The notes below the pieces were generated by a model that was given only the letters and a program-made list of their open reading frames with translations, was not told the DNA's origin and searched no databases. A stretch of DNA of 62,780 bases, filler included, from Choristocarpus tenellus KU-1152 (taxonomy: Eukaryota; Protista; Phaeophyceae), in NCBI GenBank assembly GCA_964200185.2. It is 10 parts of 10 records of this genome, joined end to end, with 100 filler letters (N's around TTAATTAATTAA, not from the genome) between each part and the next. Parts side by side here need not be neighbours in the genome. Positions count along the whole stretch, not along the records: positions 1 to 5,854 come from CAXNAD020009586.1; positions 5,955 to 16,358 come from CAXNAD020002947.1; 8 more parts are not named here. One strand, 5' to 3'. Every line of letters starts with the position of its first letter. The stretch's first letter is position 1. Positions 1 to 11,981 of the stretch are shown in pieces. Made by a program: the position numbers and the translations under genes.

Positions 1-38
1 CAAATGGACAGGCGTCACCCCCCTAGATACTTTGAGCC
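1..38 (-). mobile_element. Terminus of family-2 MITE, truncated by window start
   Basis: Reverse complement GGCTCAAAGTATCTAGGGGGTGACGCCTGTCCATTTG matches the left end of the 321-676 and 5635-5820 copies. Confidence 0.75.
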
Positions 39-320
39 ATTTTTGGTGGAGGTAGTACAGCACTAGACTTGGGTTCACGTTTAGGTTCAACCCTCCTTGA
101 TACACATTTTGAATACCAAATCATGGTCACTTATTGTCAATGCCAATGTTACGTGTGTGTACTATTATGACGTCGGGCATAGTTGGACCAATGCATTTGC
201 TCCGTGATCCCAGTCAGTTCTAGAGTGAGGTGTGATGCCCACTGTAACAGGATGATTTTGAACTTGTTTGTGAATTTTTCCGAGATATATATTAAGATCG
301 GAATGATTCTCTCCTGTAGA

Positions 321-676
321 GGCTGAAAGTATCTGAGAGGGGGTGATGGCTGTCCATTCGGGGCCCATTTTCCATGTTGCGATTTTTGGGTGAATTTGGT
401 TGCATGTATCGGAAGGATAATGTAAGTGTACTTTTCCTGGTAAGGGTCCGAATGGAGACCCTGGTGTAGACCTGCTCCCCTCCCAGATACTTTGTAGTGA
501 AAGTATCCTAGAGGGTATGAGCTTTTCCTCGTTTGTCCATTTGGGGCTTGGCTTCCCACGGGGTTTTTATGACATTTTACCTACTCCAAAATATTTCGGA
601 GGGTTAGGCTAACATTGGATTTTGGCCCCCAAATGGACGCGGCTATACCCTGTAAGATACTCTGGCTCTTTGAGCC
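321..676 (+). mobile_element. Family-2 MITE (~180 bp; TIR GGC(T/A)(C/G)AAAGTATCT-G-rich), interrupted in its right TIR by a family-1 MITE
   Basis: Left end GGCTGAAAGTATCTGAGAGGGGG. Right end CCCAGATACTTTG...AGCC is restored by removing 495-668 plus one TTTG. The body matches 5635-5820 and 36418-36590. Flanks AGA(G)/AGAG fit a 3-4 bp TSD. Confidence 0.8.
495..668 (-). mobile_element. Family-1 MITE, internally deleted copy, TSD TTTG
   Basis: TIRs TAGTGAAAGTATCCTAGAGGG and CCCTGTAAGATACTCTGGCTC. TTTG at 491-494 and 669-672. Confidence 0.85.
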
Positions 677-1008
677 AGAGCATCTATCTATACCAAGGTG
701 AATCTACCTGTCTAATCTCTTCTGTTCATACTCTCAGTTCTGTCCACACAGATGTTCTAAAATATTCTTGGTGCCATCACATCCCATGTTTGTGTGTGTT
801 CCAACAGAAAGGTAGATGATTTGTTCTCCATCAGCACGGTGTTCATGGTAGTAATGGTACTAGCTCTTGTGAGTGCAGGTGAGCAGCACATAAATATAAA
901 CAACAGCTGCCTCTCTATAGATTAGTTTTAAAGTGTGTACGGTAGCTTTAGTAGATATATCTACTGTTGAAGTTGTTAAAGTATCCCCCGACTCATGTAT
1001 GCGCAGGA

Positions 1009-1264
1009 GAACCAAAGTATCTTAGAGGGTAGAGTCGTGTCCATTTGGGGGCCAAAATGCAGTGTTGCGATTTTGATGTAATTTTGGCTATCGTGTTTAT
1101 TTGGAAGTATCACTATCGTTGTTCCGGACACACCTTTCATAAATATACATATTACCTACTCCGAAACATTTTGGAGTAGGAAAATGTCATTAAAAAAACA
1201 TGGGAAGCCAAGCCCCAAATGGACAAACAGGGCAAAACTTGTACTCTCTAAGATACTTTCACTC
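1009..1264 (+). mobile_element. Family-1 MITE (~256 bp), Sola-like, TSD AGGA
   Basis: TIRs GAACCAAAGTATCTTAGAGGGTA and TACTCTCTAAGATACTTTCACTC. AGGA at 1005-1008 and 1265-1268. Internal hairpin CCTACTCC-N-GGAGTAGG at 1155-1180. Confidence 0.9.
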
Positions 1265-1651
1265 AGGAGTGAAGGAATAATGGAAAATATTGCAGGGGAG
1301 TGATTATATTAAGCAGAGGGGGCGACCATACAACCTTAAAGCACCATGATCAATATTGCCAATTCCTACCCATCAATTCGTATACAAGAGCAAATATGGG
1401 TTTACCAACTAATAACTCTTGCGTACTGATTCTACTTGTATACTACTAGTTACCTCTGATGCCGTTGGAGGAGTCGATTTGAGTAGAAGTCTATTTTATG
1501 CTGGATATATTGGGGAAGTGAGGTGGGCATCTTGGCATCTACCCTAAACAGGAGTCAACCAGAGAGCAGACAGCAATAAGCAAGGACGATTTGACTCTGT
1601 GAAGTGATCCTTACCAGGCTTCCAGATACCGTTTACTTACACACTCTGCAA

Positions 1652-1914
1652 GAGTCAAAGTATCTTAGAGGGAGGGTAGAGCTGCGTCCATTTGGGGACC
1701 AAAACCCAGTGTTGTAATTTAGATGTAATTTCGGCCATCATGTTTGTTAGGGAATGTCAATACCCTTGTTCCGAACACACCTTTTCATAACGTATACATA
1801 TTACCTACTCCGAAACATTTTGGAGTAGGTGGCATCTCATTAAAAACCCGTGGGAAGCCAAGCCCCAAACGGACAAACAGAGAAAAACTCATACCCTCTA
1901 AGATACTTTCACTC
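1652..1914 (+). mobile_element. Family-1 MITE
   Basis: Colinear with 1009-1264 over its full length. TIRs GAGTCAAAGTATCTTAGAGGG and CCCTCTAAGATACTTTCACTC. TSD not preserved. Confidence 0.88.
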
Positions 1915-2515
1915 TGGTGGCAGAACGCACCAATAATGGAGACGAAATTTTGGTTGCCACCGGGCCAATAAAAACATGTGTATGAGGGCACATGAATACA
2001 AAATCTTTGGGAAGACAATAAATTCAATATACCAAATGCATAAGTCCGTCGATTTAGAGAACGTCCGATCTCTCCATCATTACATGTCCGTCGAGGCATG
2101 TGTCGGACTGGCGAAGTAGAGAGGGTGATTCACCAACCGAAATTGGCCTATGTTGCTCCTCAAAGCCGTGAATGTCGTCAGTATGGTGTCAGTATGGGCC
2201 TTGTCCGGAGCCAGGCCCGTGTAGGAGTGTCTTGGTCAGTGCTGTAGTGTTGGAGACAAGGAGCTGCATATTTCGCACGTCGCCATTCTCCCATTTGACC
2301 TCGTAGGGGTTACTGACTCGCTTTTCTCTATCTTTCATCATGTAGTGGGGCTGGTACTTGGTCACGGTCCCTGGCATCAGCCGATTCTCTCATCTGAGAT
2401 ATAGTCCCCTGCCCTTAGCTCTGGCATTGAGCGTTACCCCCTCACGTAAATCGGGCACATATAACTTAGTGTCGGTTTAAGGAGTATATATTTCTATATA
2501 TTCTTGTCCACGTCC

Positions 2516-3800
2516 CTACGCTTCCGCTGTCGGGTCAACAGTCGACCAACTGCGTTGTCTGACACACAGGGCTGCAGCCTCATAACGGTCTCTATTGCTC
2601 TTGTCTTGAAGTTGGTTGACACCCTCCTTGATCTCGTCCTCTGTCATGTACAACCCCAGTTGAGGGGGTAAAGAGTTTTTGCCATCATCCGGGATGTAGC
2701 ACGCTGAGTGAATGTACGCCCACACTCGGTCCACTACCAGGTGTACCTTTCCCTGGCTTGCCATTCGTCTCCCCAAACTTAGGCTTCCCCTCTTGGTGCT
2801 TACCACCAGGTTCAACACCTTGCTTGGTTCGTTTCGATTCAAAATCTCGGGCCCTCTCATCAATTCTCCAGTATTCGACTTCCTTTACCACCTCAAAGAT
2901 CTGGTCTCGATCCTTTTTCAGCTCAGGATCCCAAGCCACATACTTAACAATTTCATCCCCTTAAACGCAGGGGGTTTAAGCCCTGCAGTAAAGGCCTCTG
3001 AGAGTACCTTTCCCGACCCTGCCTTCCAAGTCTCCCCCACTTGTCCAGCATTATTTCGGAAAGCACCATACAGATTGTTATCTTCCAGATAGCTTTCTAT
3101 ATCCTGGATCACACCCATGACCCTATCCACGGCTGACCCTTCGTTTCCCATCCGGGCCACCCTCTGCAAGTCCCTTTGAATTTACCTATTGTCGAAGGTT
3201 CTGCAATCGTCATCGCTCTCGCCACCTTCTTTAGCGCTTTAAGGAGTTACTCCTCTGTCGCTACAGTCAAAATATTTTTTAGTTCACCCCGCACCAGTGC
3301 TCGTCTCTGAGCAACAGCTAAGGACTCGGACAGCGTCACGATTGCAATATGAATACCTCCTTTTGAGTGTTGCATTCTAACGCTCATCTCATATTCGCGT
3401 CGGGCCGTCAGAAACTCCCTCACCTCTTTCTCAGCAAGTCTCTCAACCCGTGGAGGTTGAATATGCTGCGCTATCATCAATTTAGACCAATCGGTCTCTC
3501 GCAACCCCCCCCAGGCTGTGCCAGGTCCATCACCGTCCTTCATTGGCATATTGGACCCTTCGTCTCTCAAGTAGCTATGCTGGTTTCTGCCCGGTTATGT
3601 GCACTCCAAGCTCCAGCAAGCTCCAGCGATCATGTGTTGGCCTTCTCCAGCCAATTCTTGTGCCGCACTCGATTCTATGGTCAGGTCTCGAGAATCCAAT
3701 TGAATTATAGACAGATCAACTACAGCAACTGATCTATGATGGCATGTAAGGACTCCACCCCACGTTGGGGCTTACAGCTCTGTTATTTATTAAGGAGTGA
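2516..3800 (-). mobile_element. Degenerate gag-like ORF of an LTR retrotransposon, with possible tRNA-Lys PBS remnant
   Basis: Consecutive minus-strand ORF pieces (3570-3247, 3169-2918, 2939-2685, 2863-2516) read as one frameshifted, intronless, charged helical protein. Upstream on the minus strand is AATAAA followed by CCCAACGTGGGG (3769-3758). Confidence 0.45.
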
Positions 3801-5634
3801 GCATAGATCCAGTCAAGGACCGATCGCATATGCTCCAAACATCAAATAATGCAAACGCCTTAGCTATGTTATGATAAGCCTCCATGCTGTGTCTACAGGT
3901 TGCAATGCCGACATTCTTACCCTAGACGTGTCCAGTTCTGGCCTTCAAATCACCCCCAAAAGTCCCCTACTTGGACGGCTTGAAGCACCTCGAGTTTGTA
4001 CCTGATGATCCTCGACCCCCACTTTTTCTGAAAGCTGAGATTATCAACCCAATTTCATTCTGTGGGGTTATCGTCCGATTCGGCGCCGTTCTCACTTGGC
4101 GAGCCCAGATGTTTCGCGGCACAAACATATGGGACAGAAGTAGTACATACTTTAAAGTATTGTTAATTTGCAGACGCGTGTCAAAGAAAAAGCCCAACCA
4201 AAATCACAACGACCCCTGTAAACGTCATGCACACTACTATGCCTCTAACTTAGCTTGGCCCTACATTGATGGGTGAGGAGTTAGGGAACCATCCCAAGTA
4301 TCTGGGGGGTCCCCTCTTATCCATTTAAATGACGTCTATTGCTTAAAACGTTTAACACCTCTTGGGAAAGTTACTTATCATTTTTATTGATTGGAGATAG
4401 AAGAATAGTATGTTCATGTTGTCCAGTAATGTGATGCAAGAATCTAAGCGGGTCTTGGAGAATTCTTTGCATTTTGAGGGTATGGGGTCAATGTGCTTCT
4501 CTATGTGGAATTCGAAAACCCATGAAGTCATTTGACTAGTCAGCAGTAACCCGTTAGGAAATTATAAACAATTATTTGGAGTGTTTTCAACACCACATTC
4601 CCGTCACTATTTCTTGAATCAGATGGATTACAACTACTCTTTACTCCCCACTCCCTCCTTCGCGAGTTTGAACTCATACTTGCTTTGTCAGGTGCAAAAA
4701 AAGGTACAGTATTCTGCTGACTACACATAGTACGTGTAAATTTCCTACAAGGTTTGGATTGCACATGTTAAACAGGACTATTGTGGACGACAACTACGAG
4801 GACACCAGAAAGCTGCCTGTGACCCAACCAAGTACAACTACGGATTCCTCTCTTTGCAGGATTGAGAGCATACACCCCATGCGGCTGTACATGCCCAACA
4901 CTCCTCACGTACCCATCTTGAGGGCGAAGCTCCGTTACCTCAGGAAGGTATTTCAGCCCAGGAGGAAGAGGTCGTCTAGAGAGGCGCACAGACCCCAACT
5001 TCGCATGGGTCGGAGTGGGCACTGCCCTGGTATCTGCTCTAAATGATTCGACAGGCTCCGTAACTGAAGGTATTATTGGGCGGCGGTAGAGGGGGAAAGG
5101 ACACTACAAACGACAAGGCCCAAAAAGTTGTAACATTTCGTTCTAATCGTCCATGCTCGAATGTCTCTTGGCTTGAATTAAACGTTCGACCCAATAATGA
5201 GGAGGATGGGGGCGAGATTTGGTCGTCATCTGCCCAATCATTCCTGTCCATTGTTTTGTAAAGAGATGATCAGAAGGACGCCATAACTCCTCCAACCAGA
5301 AAGAACTCGAGAAGGTACATAATTGCCCCATGTGAAGAACAGGAAGTTAGGCAATACAGTAGACCAAAAACTCTTCTCCACTCAACCTAATTCCGATGTG
5401 ACCATTCACGCCTGAATATTACTTTCCTGGCATGCTCCCTCAGTGTAACGTTTGTTGAACTCTTTTGTAGCTTTGTACGGCCGAAGAGGTCACGGCGAAT
5501 TGGAGGCGGAACCATTCATTGGTGCTCGTTCCCATTGAGTTGTGAGTGCAGTGGTAAAGCTAAGCTGACCAAGAAAACACCTAATCCGGAGAAATGGAGG
5601 TGTTTTTCGAAGGTGATTCATCTCATGTGTACCT

Positions 5635-5820
5635 GGCACAAAGTATCTGGGGAGGGGTGGCGACTGTTCATTTGGGGTCAATTTTTTCATGTTGCAATTT
5701 TGGGGTGATTTGGTTGCATACGTCCGATGGAAAATGAAAATGTACTTTTCCTGATTTTGGGCCAAATGGACACACTGGTGTAGACCCCCCCCCCCCTCCC
5801 CCCCCCAGATACTTTGGGTC
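5635..5820 (+). mobile_element. Family-2 MITE, full length
   Basis: GGCACAAAGTATCTGGGGAGGGG ... CCCCCCCAGATACTTTGGGTC. The body is homologous to 321-494. Confidence 0.85.
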
Positions 5821-5854
5821 TGAATTATCAGTAGCCCTTCGTCGCGCATGGGGA

Positions 5855-5954
5855 NNNNNNNNNNNNNNNNNNNNNNNNNNNNNNNNNNNNNNNNNNNNTT
5901 AATTAATTAANNNNNNNNNNNNNNNNNNNNNNNNNNNNNNNNNNNNNNNNNNNN
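5855..5954. other. Artificial contig-joining spacer (N44-TTAATTAATTAA-N44); identical spacers at 16359-16458, 19264-19363, 36657-36756, 40019-40118, 42894-42993, 47543-47642, 52970-53069, 58473-58572
   Basis: Nine identical 100-bp blocks. TTAATTAATTAA gives stop codons in all six frames. There is also a separate 10-N scaffold gap at 42115-42124. Confidence 0.99.
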
Positions 5955-6813
5955 ATCCTCATAGTCCCGCTCCATCCTCAATTTTGCGAATCCACTGTTA
6001 TATACCTCCATTATTTCCCATTTTCTTCCTCAACGAAAATCGAGAAATTTCAGGAGTAGCGAGCGAACCCCTGATTATTAAAAGGTTCAGTGTCTTAGAC
6101 CAGACTGGCAGTTAATCCGCCCTGCACTGTCTCACACAGCCAGGTATTACCCTATATCATACACTTGTTTAAGTGAACCTGACGATCGCGTGTCAAAAAC
6201 CGCGCGCAGAAATCGCGCGATTATACACTGGAAGGATGTACGTAAGACTGACCATTGTTCATGGCGAAGTTTTAGGGCACCAAGCTCTCTGTACAAGGGG
6301 GCAATCACAATCACCAGACTGAACTCTTCCACCTCAGGGGGTGAGACCGAGTTTCAAAGGTCTTGGCGCAACATCTCAAAGTCAGTTGAGGAAATCCAAA
6401 ACAGAACAAAACCTGAAAGCATAACAGGTGTCCCAGAATGACTGGGCAACATCACACACAGCAGAGAAAGGGATCGGTCAGAATCGGGATGTCTCCTCGT
6501 TTTATCAGTCCTTTGGCTGTTTGGTCAATTTCGGATCTTCTGGGTGCGGTTGGTTTATTGAACTGGTTGGTATAGGCGACATGGTTGGCGCGCGCAAATG
6601 TATATGACCGCGATTTTATCCACAAATGTGTGCTGGAGGAGATCCCAAAAAAGGAACCTGTCCCTGACATTCACAAAATTTTAACAATTCGATCTCCTTA
6701 CATGAAACTTCACTCCATACTTCCAATGTACTGTTTTGATTGTCGATCAGAACAGGGCTGGTTTTAACCTACGTCCTTGCGTTTGCAAGTGTCCTACGGG
6801 GCTGAGACTGAGA

Positions 6814-9800
6814 ATGAGAAGTAAAATAGATACGCATCGAGCTAGTAGTCCTACGGGTCAGGAGATAAAGCGCGTCGCTGCCAACAAGGTTGGATTTTCC
6901 TTCGGTAGTCTACCCTTACTCCTACTGGTTGCGGCTGTCAAGGCAAATGCTCTCTACACTGCTGGAGGGTCGCATTTAGTAGGAACTTCTCGGATTGGTG
7001 ACCTCAAACGTCGGCACTCAACTCCAGGTAGACCCAATTATTGTGAATCATCCAGTTAAAGGCATACAGTAGTGATTTTCATTATGGAAGTGTGAGTCAT
7101 TGCGACAGTGAATCTTTAGAATTATTCAAATATCTGAAAGCCTGAGTGGTGGTACTTTGAGTGTACGTGCATGTCCTGGGAATTGTGTGAGAGTGCTATT
7201 GTTTGTTTTTTTGGAATACACAACTTGTAAACCTCAACTCCTGATGTAGATACTTCCTCTATAATATAACTTCTCCCTTCTCCAGGCGTTGGAACGCTCC
7301 CACTTAGCACTTTCGACTCTAACCTCTCCAGGGATTGTTGCACATCCGATGTCGAGCGCCGACAAGTCTTTGAGGACAATGCAGGCTTTATTTATCTGCC
7401 GCACTTCCTGTACTTCGAGGAGGCATTGGCAATTATCCAGGAGGCTCCAGAACTGATTGGCGGAGCCACGAAAGAACTGGTGCGCGCCTCCCTTCCCCCT
7501 TCCTCATTCATTTTGCAATATCGAGTATCCTGATAGGTGGATGAATTTTGCTGGTAAAACCACTACGCTCTCGATTCAACTTTGACAACATGTCCATAAT
7601 ATATCTGATAGCAATACCCATCCTGTCGCTCTTTGGTAGGGTACGGAATGATTGCATCACATTTTTTTTTGTGACAGTTCAATGGCATTCCTGCCTATGC
7701 AGCATGCTTGTGAGAATGCATCAAGCAGCACTACTTTGCAAACACCAAGGAACAACTTGGGTGTCACTGCTTGTTTGCGTTGTACCTTAGGTTACCGATT
7801 GGAGTGATCAAACTCTGCCGTCTCTCCCCCGAACCACTCGCATGCACACAATATTTGGACAAAAAAGAATGTCGGCTAGCTTACTCCTAGCATTCACCCC
7901 TCTCTGGATATGCACACCCCACACTCTAACCCAGTAAGACGATTTTTTTCTGGGACTCTTTTCATGGTGTGATGGAGCTTGGACCAATACTGATGCAGTA
8001 TGGTTGTTGCTCTGTGTGAGAATTGTCCAACTATGACCGATGCAAAAACACAAGTAGCAAACAATGTTAACGGCATACATTCCAGCCCAAACACTGTTCT
8101 CACATACATAGGAAACAGTTACATTGAAGTATTCCTGAATGGCAACAAACCACAACAATGTTGTTACTGCCAATAATAGAAACAAATCTGTCTGTACCAA
8201 TTCTGTGCCTTAGAGGGTAGAGTTTTGATGATAAAGCAAAGTAGACAGCGTATCTATTTCAATATGTTCACATGGGATTGATTGTTTTGCAAGGTTTTCC
8301 CTGCCAGGCATGTGCTATTGTGGCACTGCAAGGACGTACACTGAAATTAAAAACTGTGTTTTGATGGAGTGCAACCCAAATTTCAAGCCGATTGGTACAA
8401 AATGATACACTGTCGTCTTGCAACAAACCCTGCTGCTTGGTACCACGTCCAAGGACGATTTTGCTTTATCCTCTAGAACAAGGGCTAAATCAACTACTGA
8501 GGCAGGCAAGAAATAACCAACTACTGAAAATTTCAACTATCCATGAAGCTGCTGCTTTGTAGTAGTGACAGTTAGATCTGTCTCTTCCTCACTCCTATTA
8601 ATGACTGGAACACGCTGCAGCCACACCAAGAAACGACGCAGGCCTTTTGTGCTTCAATGTGGATTACTGTGTTGGGTGGGGAATGTGTAAGAGATGGCCT
8701 TGGTATCAACTGGTATTAGATTAGAAATGGCTTGTGGCAAGCATAATTTTATATTTTATTTACATACAGTGTATGTAGTCGATGATCTGTGCAACAGTAG
8801 ATCTACCTGAACCGTGTTTATTTCTTTAACAGTTCTACCCGTGGCGAATAGTAGATGTAGAGTGGCGTGGAAGCTTTTGGTGAAATGAATGGGACAGTGT
8901 CACACAGATGTACGGTATGCTTGGCGTGAGGTATTGCCATGGTTATCATTTGCCTGCTTTTTCGTGTCATGTGCAGGAGAGTTCCTGCTTACCTTATTTC
9001 CGTGGCTTGCAGGTTGGTGAAGCGAAAGGACTTGATATTAAAAAGTTATATTGGTTGAGAATATTTGAATTGATTCTATGAAGGGACTTGAAGTTATAAG
9101 CTATATTGGCCGAGAAGATTTGAATTAATTATATGAAAGGACTTGAAGTTAAAAGCTACATTGGCTAAGAAGATTTGAATTAGTTCCATGCAGCGTCAAG
9201 TGTGAATGAAAGTCAAAGACCTCTGGAGCCTCTGCACAAGTCTGAGCAGGCAGATGTAAAAAGTCATTTGAATACAAAGTAAAGTATGGAGGTGTAGTAA
9301 ATACTCGTGTGACAGCATTGTGGTTCAGTAACCAATATCTTTTTTCAGCTATTTTTTTTGTTGTTCCTATAATTAATTGAATTGCCGCAGTTCACAATAC
9401 TAGTAAAAAAGAACTGGCGTACATACATACATACATACATAAGTTGTTGCACTCTGTTTTTATTCAATCGTTGCTCACAAGCGAAAAGGAACAGACCAGA
9501 AAATAAATAATAATAGTAATAATAATAATAATAAAGGCAACTGCAGGTTTCCAAGGTTGGCAGTGAGAGACTCTAATCTTGTAGTGTTGATGATGTAATT
9601 CAATTTCTCACCACCCCCCTACCTGACTGGAACTGTTACCGATGACTGAATGCAACAGTTTGGATGAGCGCACTGTGATATTCAGTTGCATCCACCTCTC
9701 CACCAGGACTCAATTGCGCAGGGCCGCTTAATCGCTAGCGTTCCTGAAGGGAGCATCACCAGCAGAGTCTTCAAAGGGGAGAAGTTGTTGGCTGAGGTGG

Positions 9801-10822
9801 GGTCAATAGGTGGGGAGGAGGAGATGTTTCCGTCTGCCCTTCCTGTGGAGCTAAGGGTGTATCCTCGGGGGAGCTCTATGGGGTGGCACTCAGATGATGT
9901 CCTGTATGCAAGGCCGCAGTATGAACTCATTTATACCCTGGGTAGGTGACCGCTTGTATAGCAGTACTATGAGTGTTTGTATCTGATGTATCCTTGGAGT
10001 CTAATTTAGTCATGCTAAAAAATGCAAGTGCAATACCAAATCTATTGTCGTTTGTAAGTTACTCTTTTCAGGAAATGAAAACCACTTGCGGAATTTGTGC
10101 ACCCTTTTTTTGGGTATTTAGGTCCATCAAGAAGATTGAGTAAATTGACCCATAATGTATGAAGTAGGATACAGAGTTTTGAAATAGTTGGCAAGGCATG
10201 GTAGTAGCTTTTCCTCCACTCTTTTTACCAAGGGTTCAAGGGCTGTGATTTCCACTGCAGAAGTAGTCAAAAGTTTTAGGGCAGGGAGCATACACTTTCC
10301 TGACCATGTCCACAGCAACCAAATTTGATCTATTCTAACACATGATATCGTGTAAGAGTCTGACTGAATCAGTGCACCTCTACACAGTTCACACATTCTG
10401 TAGCCATGATTCTGTCCCACCTCACCCAAGAAATAACACATCTTGTGATATGATCATGTAGTGACCTTTGCCAAATCATTGGATGAAGACCTTGAATGTC
10501 CCTCACCTTTTTCACGAACCTCACCCCCCTGCCCCAGTTCCCTGCTCCACAACATCCCCCCCCCCCCCCCCCCCTTTCACTCCTTGTCATCTCTCTAGAA
10601 AACACATCAGATAGCCTTACCGAGTGGAAGGACCTCACTGGGAAATGCCATTCTGTTTCCACAGAACCAAATTCATTGCTTGTGGTACGTGCTGGAGGGC
10701 CCCGCCCCCATCGGGTCACGCGTGTGAACCAGGGCAGGAGAAGTGTGATAAAGGCTGCTGTTACACCCACTGAAGAAGCGTCTCCCGGTCTCAAAGAGCA
10801 CCTAGGGGGGCTGTTCTACTGA
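6814..10822 (+). CDS. Fe(II)/2-oxoglutarate-dependent dioxygenase (AlkB/P4H-like fold). Exons 6814-7027, 7286-7479, 9686-9941, 10599-10822
   Basis: GT-AG junctions with compatible phases (1,0,1). Motifs GFIYLPHFL, YPRGSSMGWHSDD (HxD), distal PHRVTRV and GRRSVIK (2OG-binding Arg). The last two exons are well supported; linkage of the first two is less sure. Confidence 0.75.
9024..9189. repeat. Intronic tandem repeat, 3 x ~55 bp
   Basis: Unit approximately GAAAGGACTTGAAGTTAAAAGCTATATTGGCTGAGAAGATTTGAATTAATTCTAT. Confidence 0.9.
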
Positions 10823-11981
10823 AAAGAGTTCTGTACAGACGAGGCTCTATTGTGCACTGAGGAAATTGCTTGCATTTCGCACTTTATGTCAAAAGGTGTT
10901 TCACAATCTGCTATGGCATGCAAAGTGGGTGGGAGTAGTTTGGTTTTGTTAAGCTGTCCTTGACGATCTGTTACCCCACACAACTAGTTATATTATTGTT
11001 TATTAACTTGTACCACAGTTGAGAAGAGAGTGAGATACCTGTACTAGGTGGGTGGGGCTCACCAGTTCTTACATTGAATGACTCAGAATATCAAATGACT
11101 CAACGTTTCTCTAGTACACGTCAGAAACACTCCGACTATAATAGTTCGCCGATTACTTCTGATCAAATACCCTGCCTAAACATCCCGAATGTCCTGCATT
11201 ATCTTCTGTGCGTACATAAAATAATACTTCAAATCATATTCTCACAAATATAATCTTGACAGGTTTTGACACACATTGTTTGCAGAAGTTGGAAATCGAA
11301 AGGGAGATCGTAGCTAAGAATGAAAAATAGGCTTGAGATACCTCCTTTGCACACATTAGGGACATGTATTTTGAATGTGGACTGCTGTAGCAGCACATTG
11401 TAATAGTCAACTACATACCGTGTACAATGCAGCAGCACCAGCAGCACGGGCTCCTGTGCTTGTTCCTTGCACTTTCATTGTGCTGTTGAGGTTGTGTTTT
11501 GTGTGCCCTTGAGTAAAAGTGGAAGGGCCTTGAAAAAAAGGCTAGGTCTTGTCACCTATAACAACACATACCTTGCCTGTAGTGCACATTGGTAACCAGA
11601 TGTGGCTCGCACATGATGTAACAATCAATTTACTTGAATAGAACAACACTACCACAGACCTATTGAAGGGTCAAAGGTTGATGCATCATTGCAGCGAGGT
11701 TTGAGTATTATCTTTGCCCTCCTATCTAGGTCCCTGTTGTCACACATTTCTAGTTACTACCAAGGTATTGGCAAGGGGTTGTAAAGTTCAGGCAGTACCC
11801 TCAAGGAGACTGTTGGCATATCCTGGGTCTGTTAGGCTGTGAAGCTACTAATTTATCCAAAGTGTTTAAATAGTGTTTACACATGACTTGCACATGTCTC
11901 AGACAAAAAAAGGGGCATACATTGTATCTCTAAGATGAGGACTTCACTCGCAAATAAAAAAGTCCTTAACTCATGGGAGAC

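Noticed and set aside
5899-5910. Recurrent TTAATTAATTAA motif as a biological site or piggyBac TSD
   Set aside because: Always centred in N44 padding, so it is an artificial linker.
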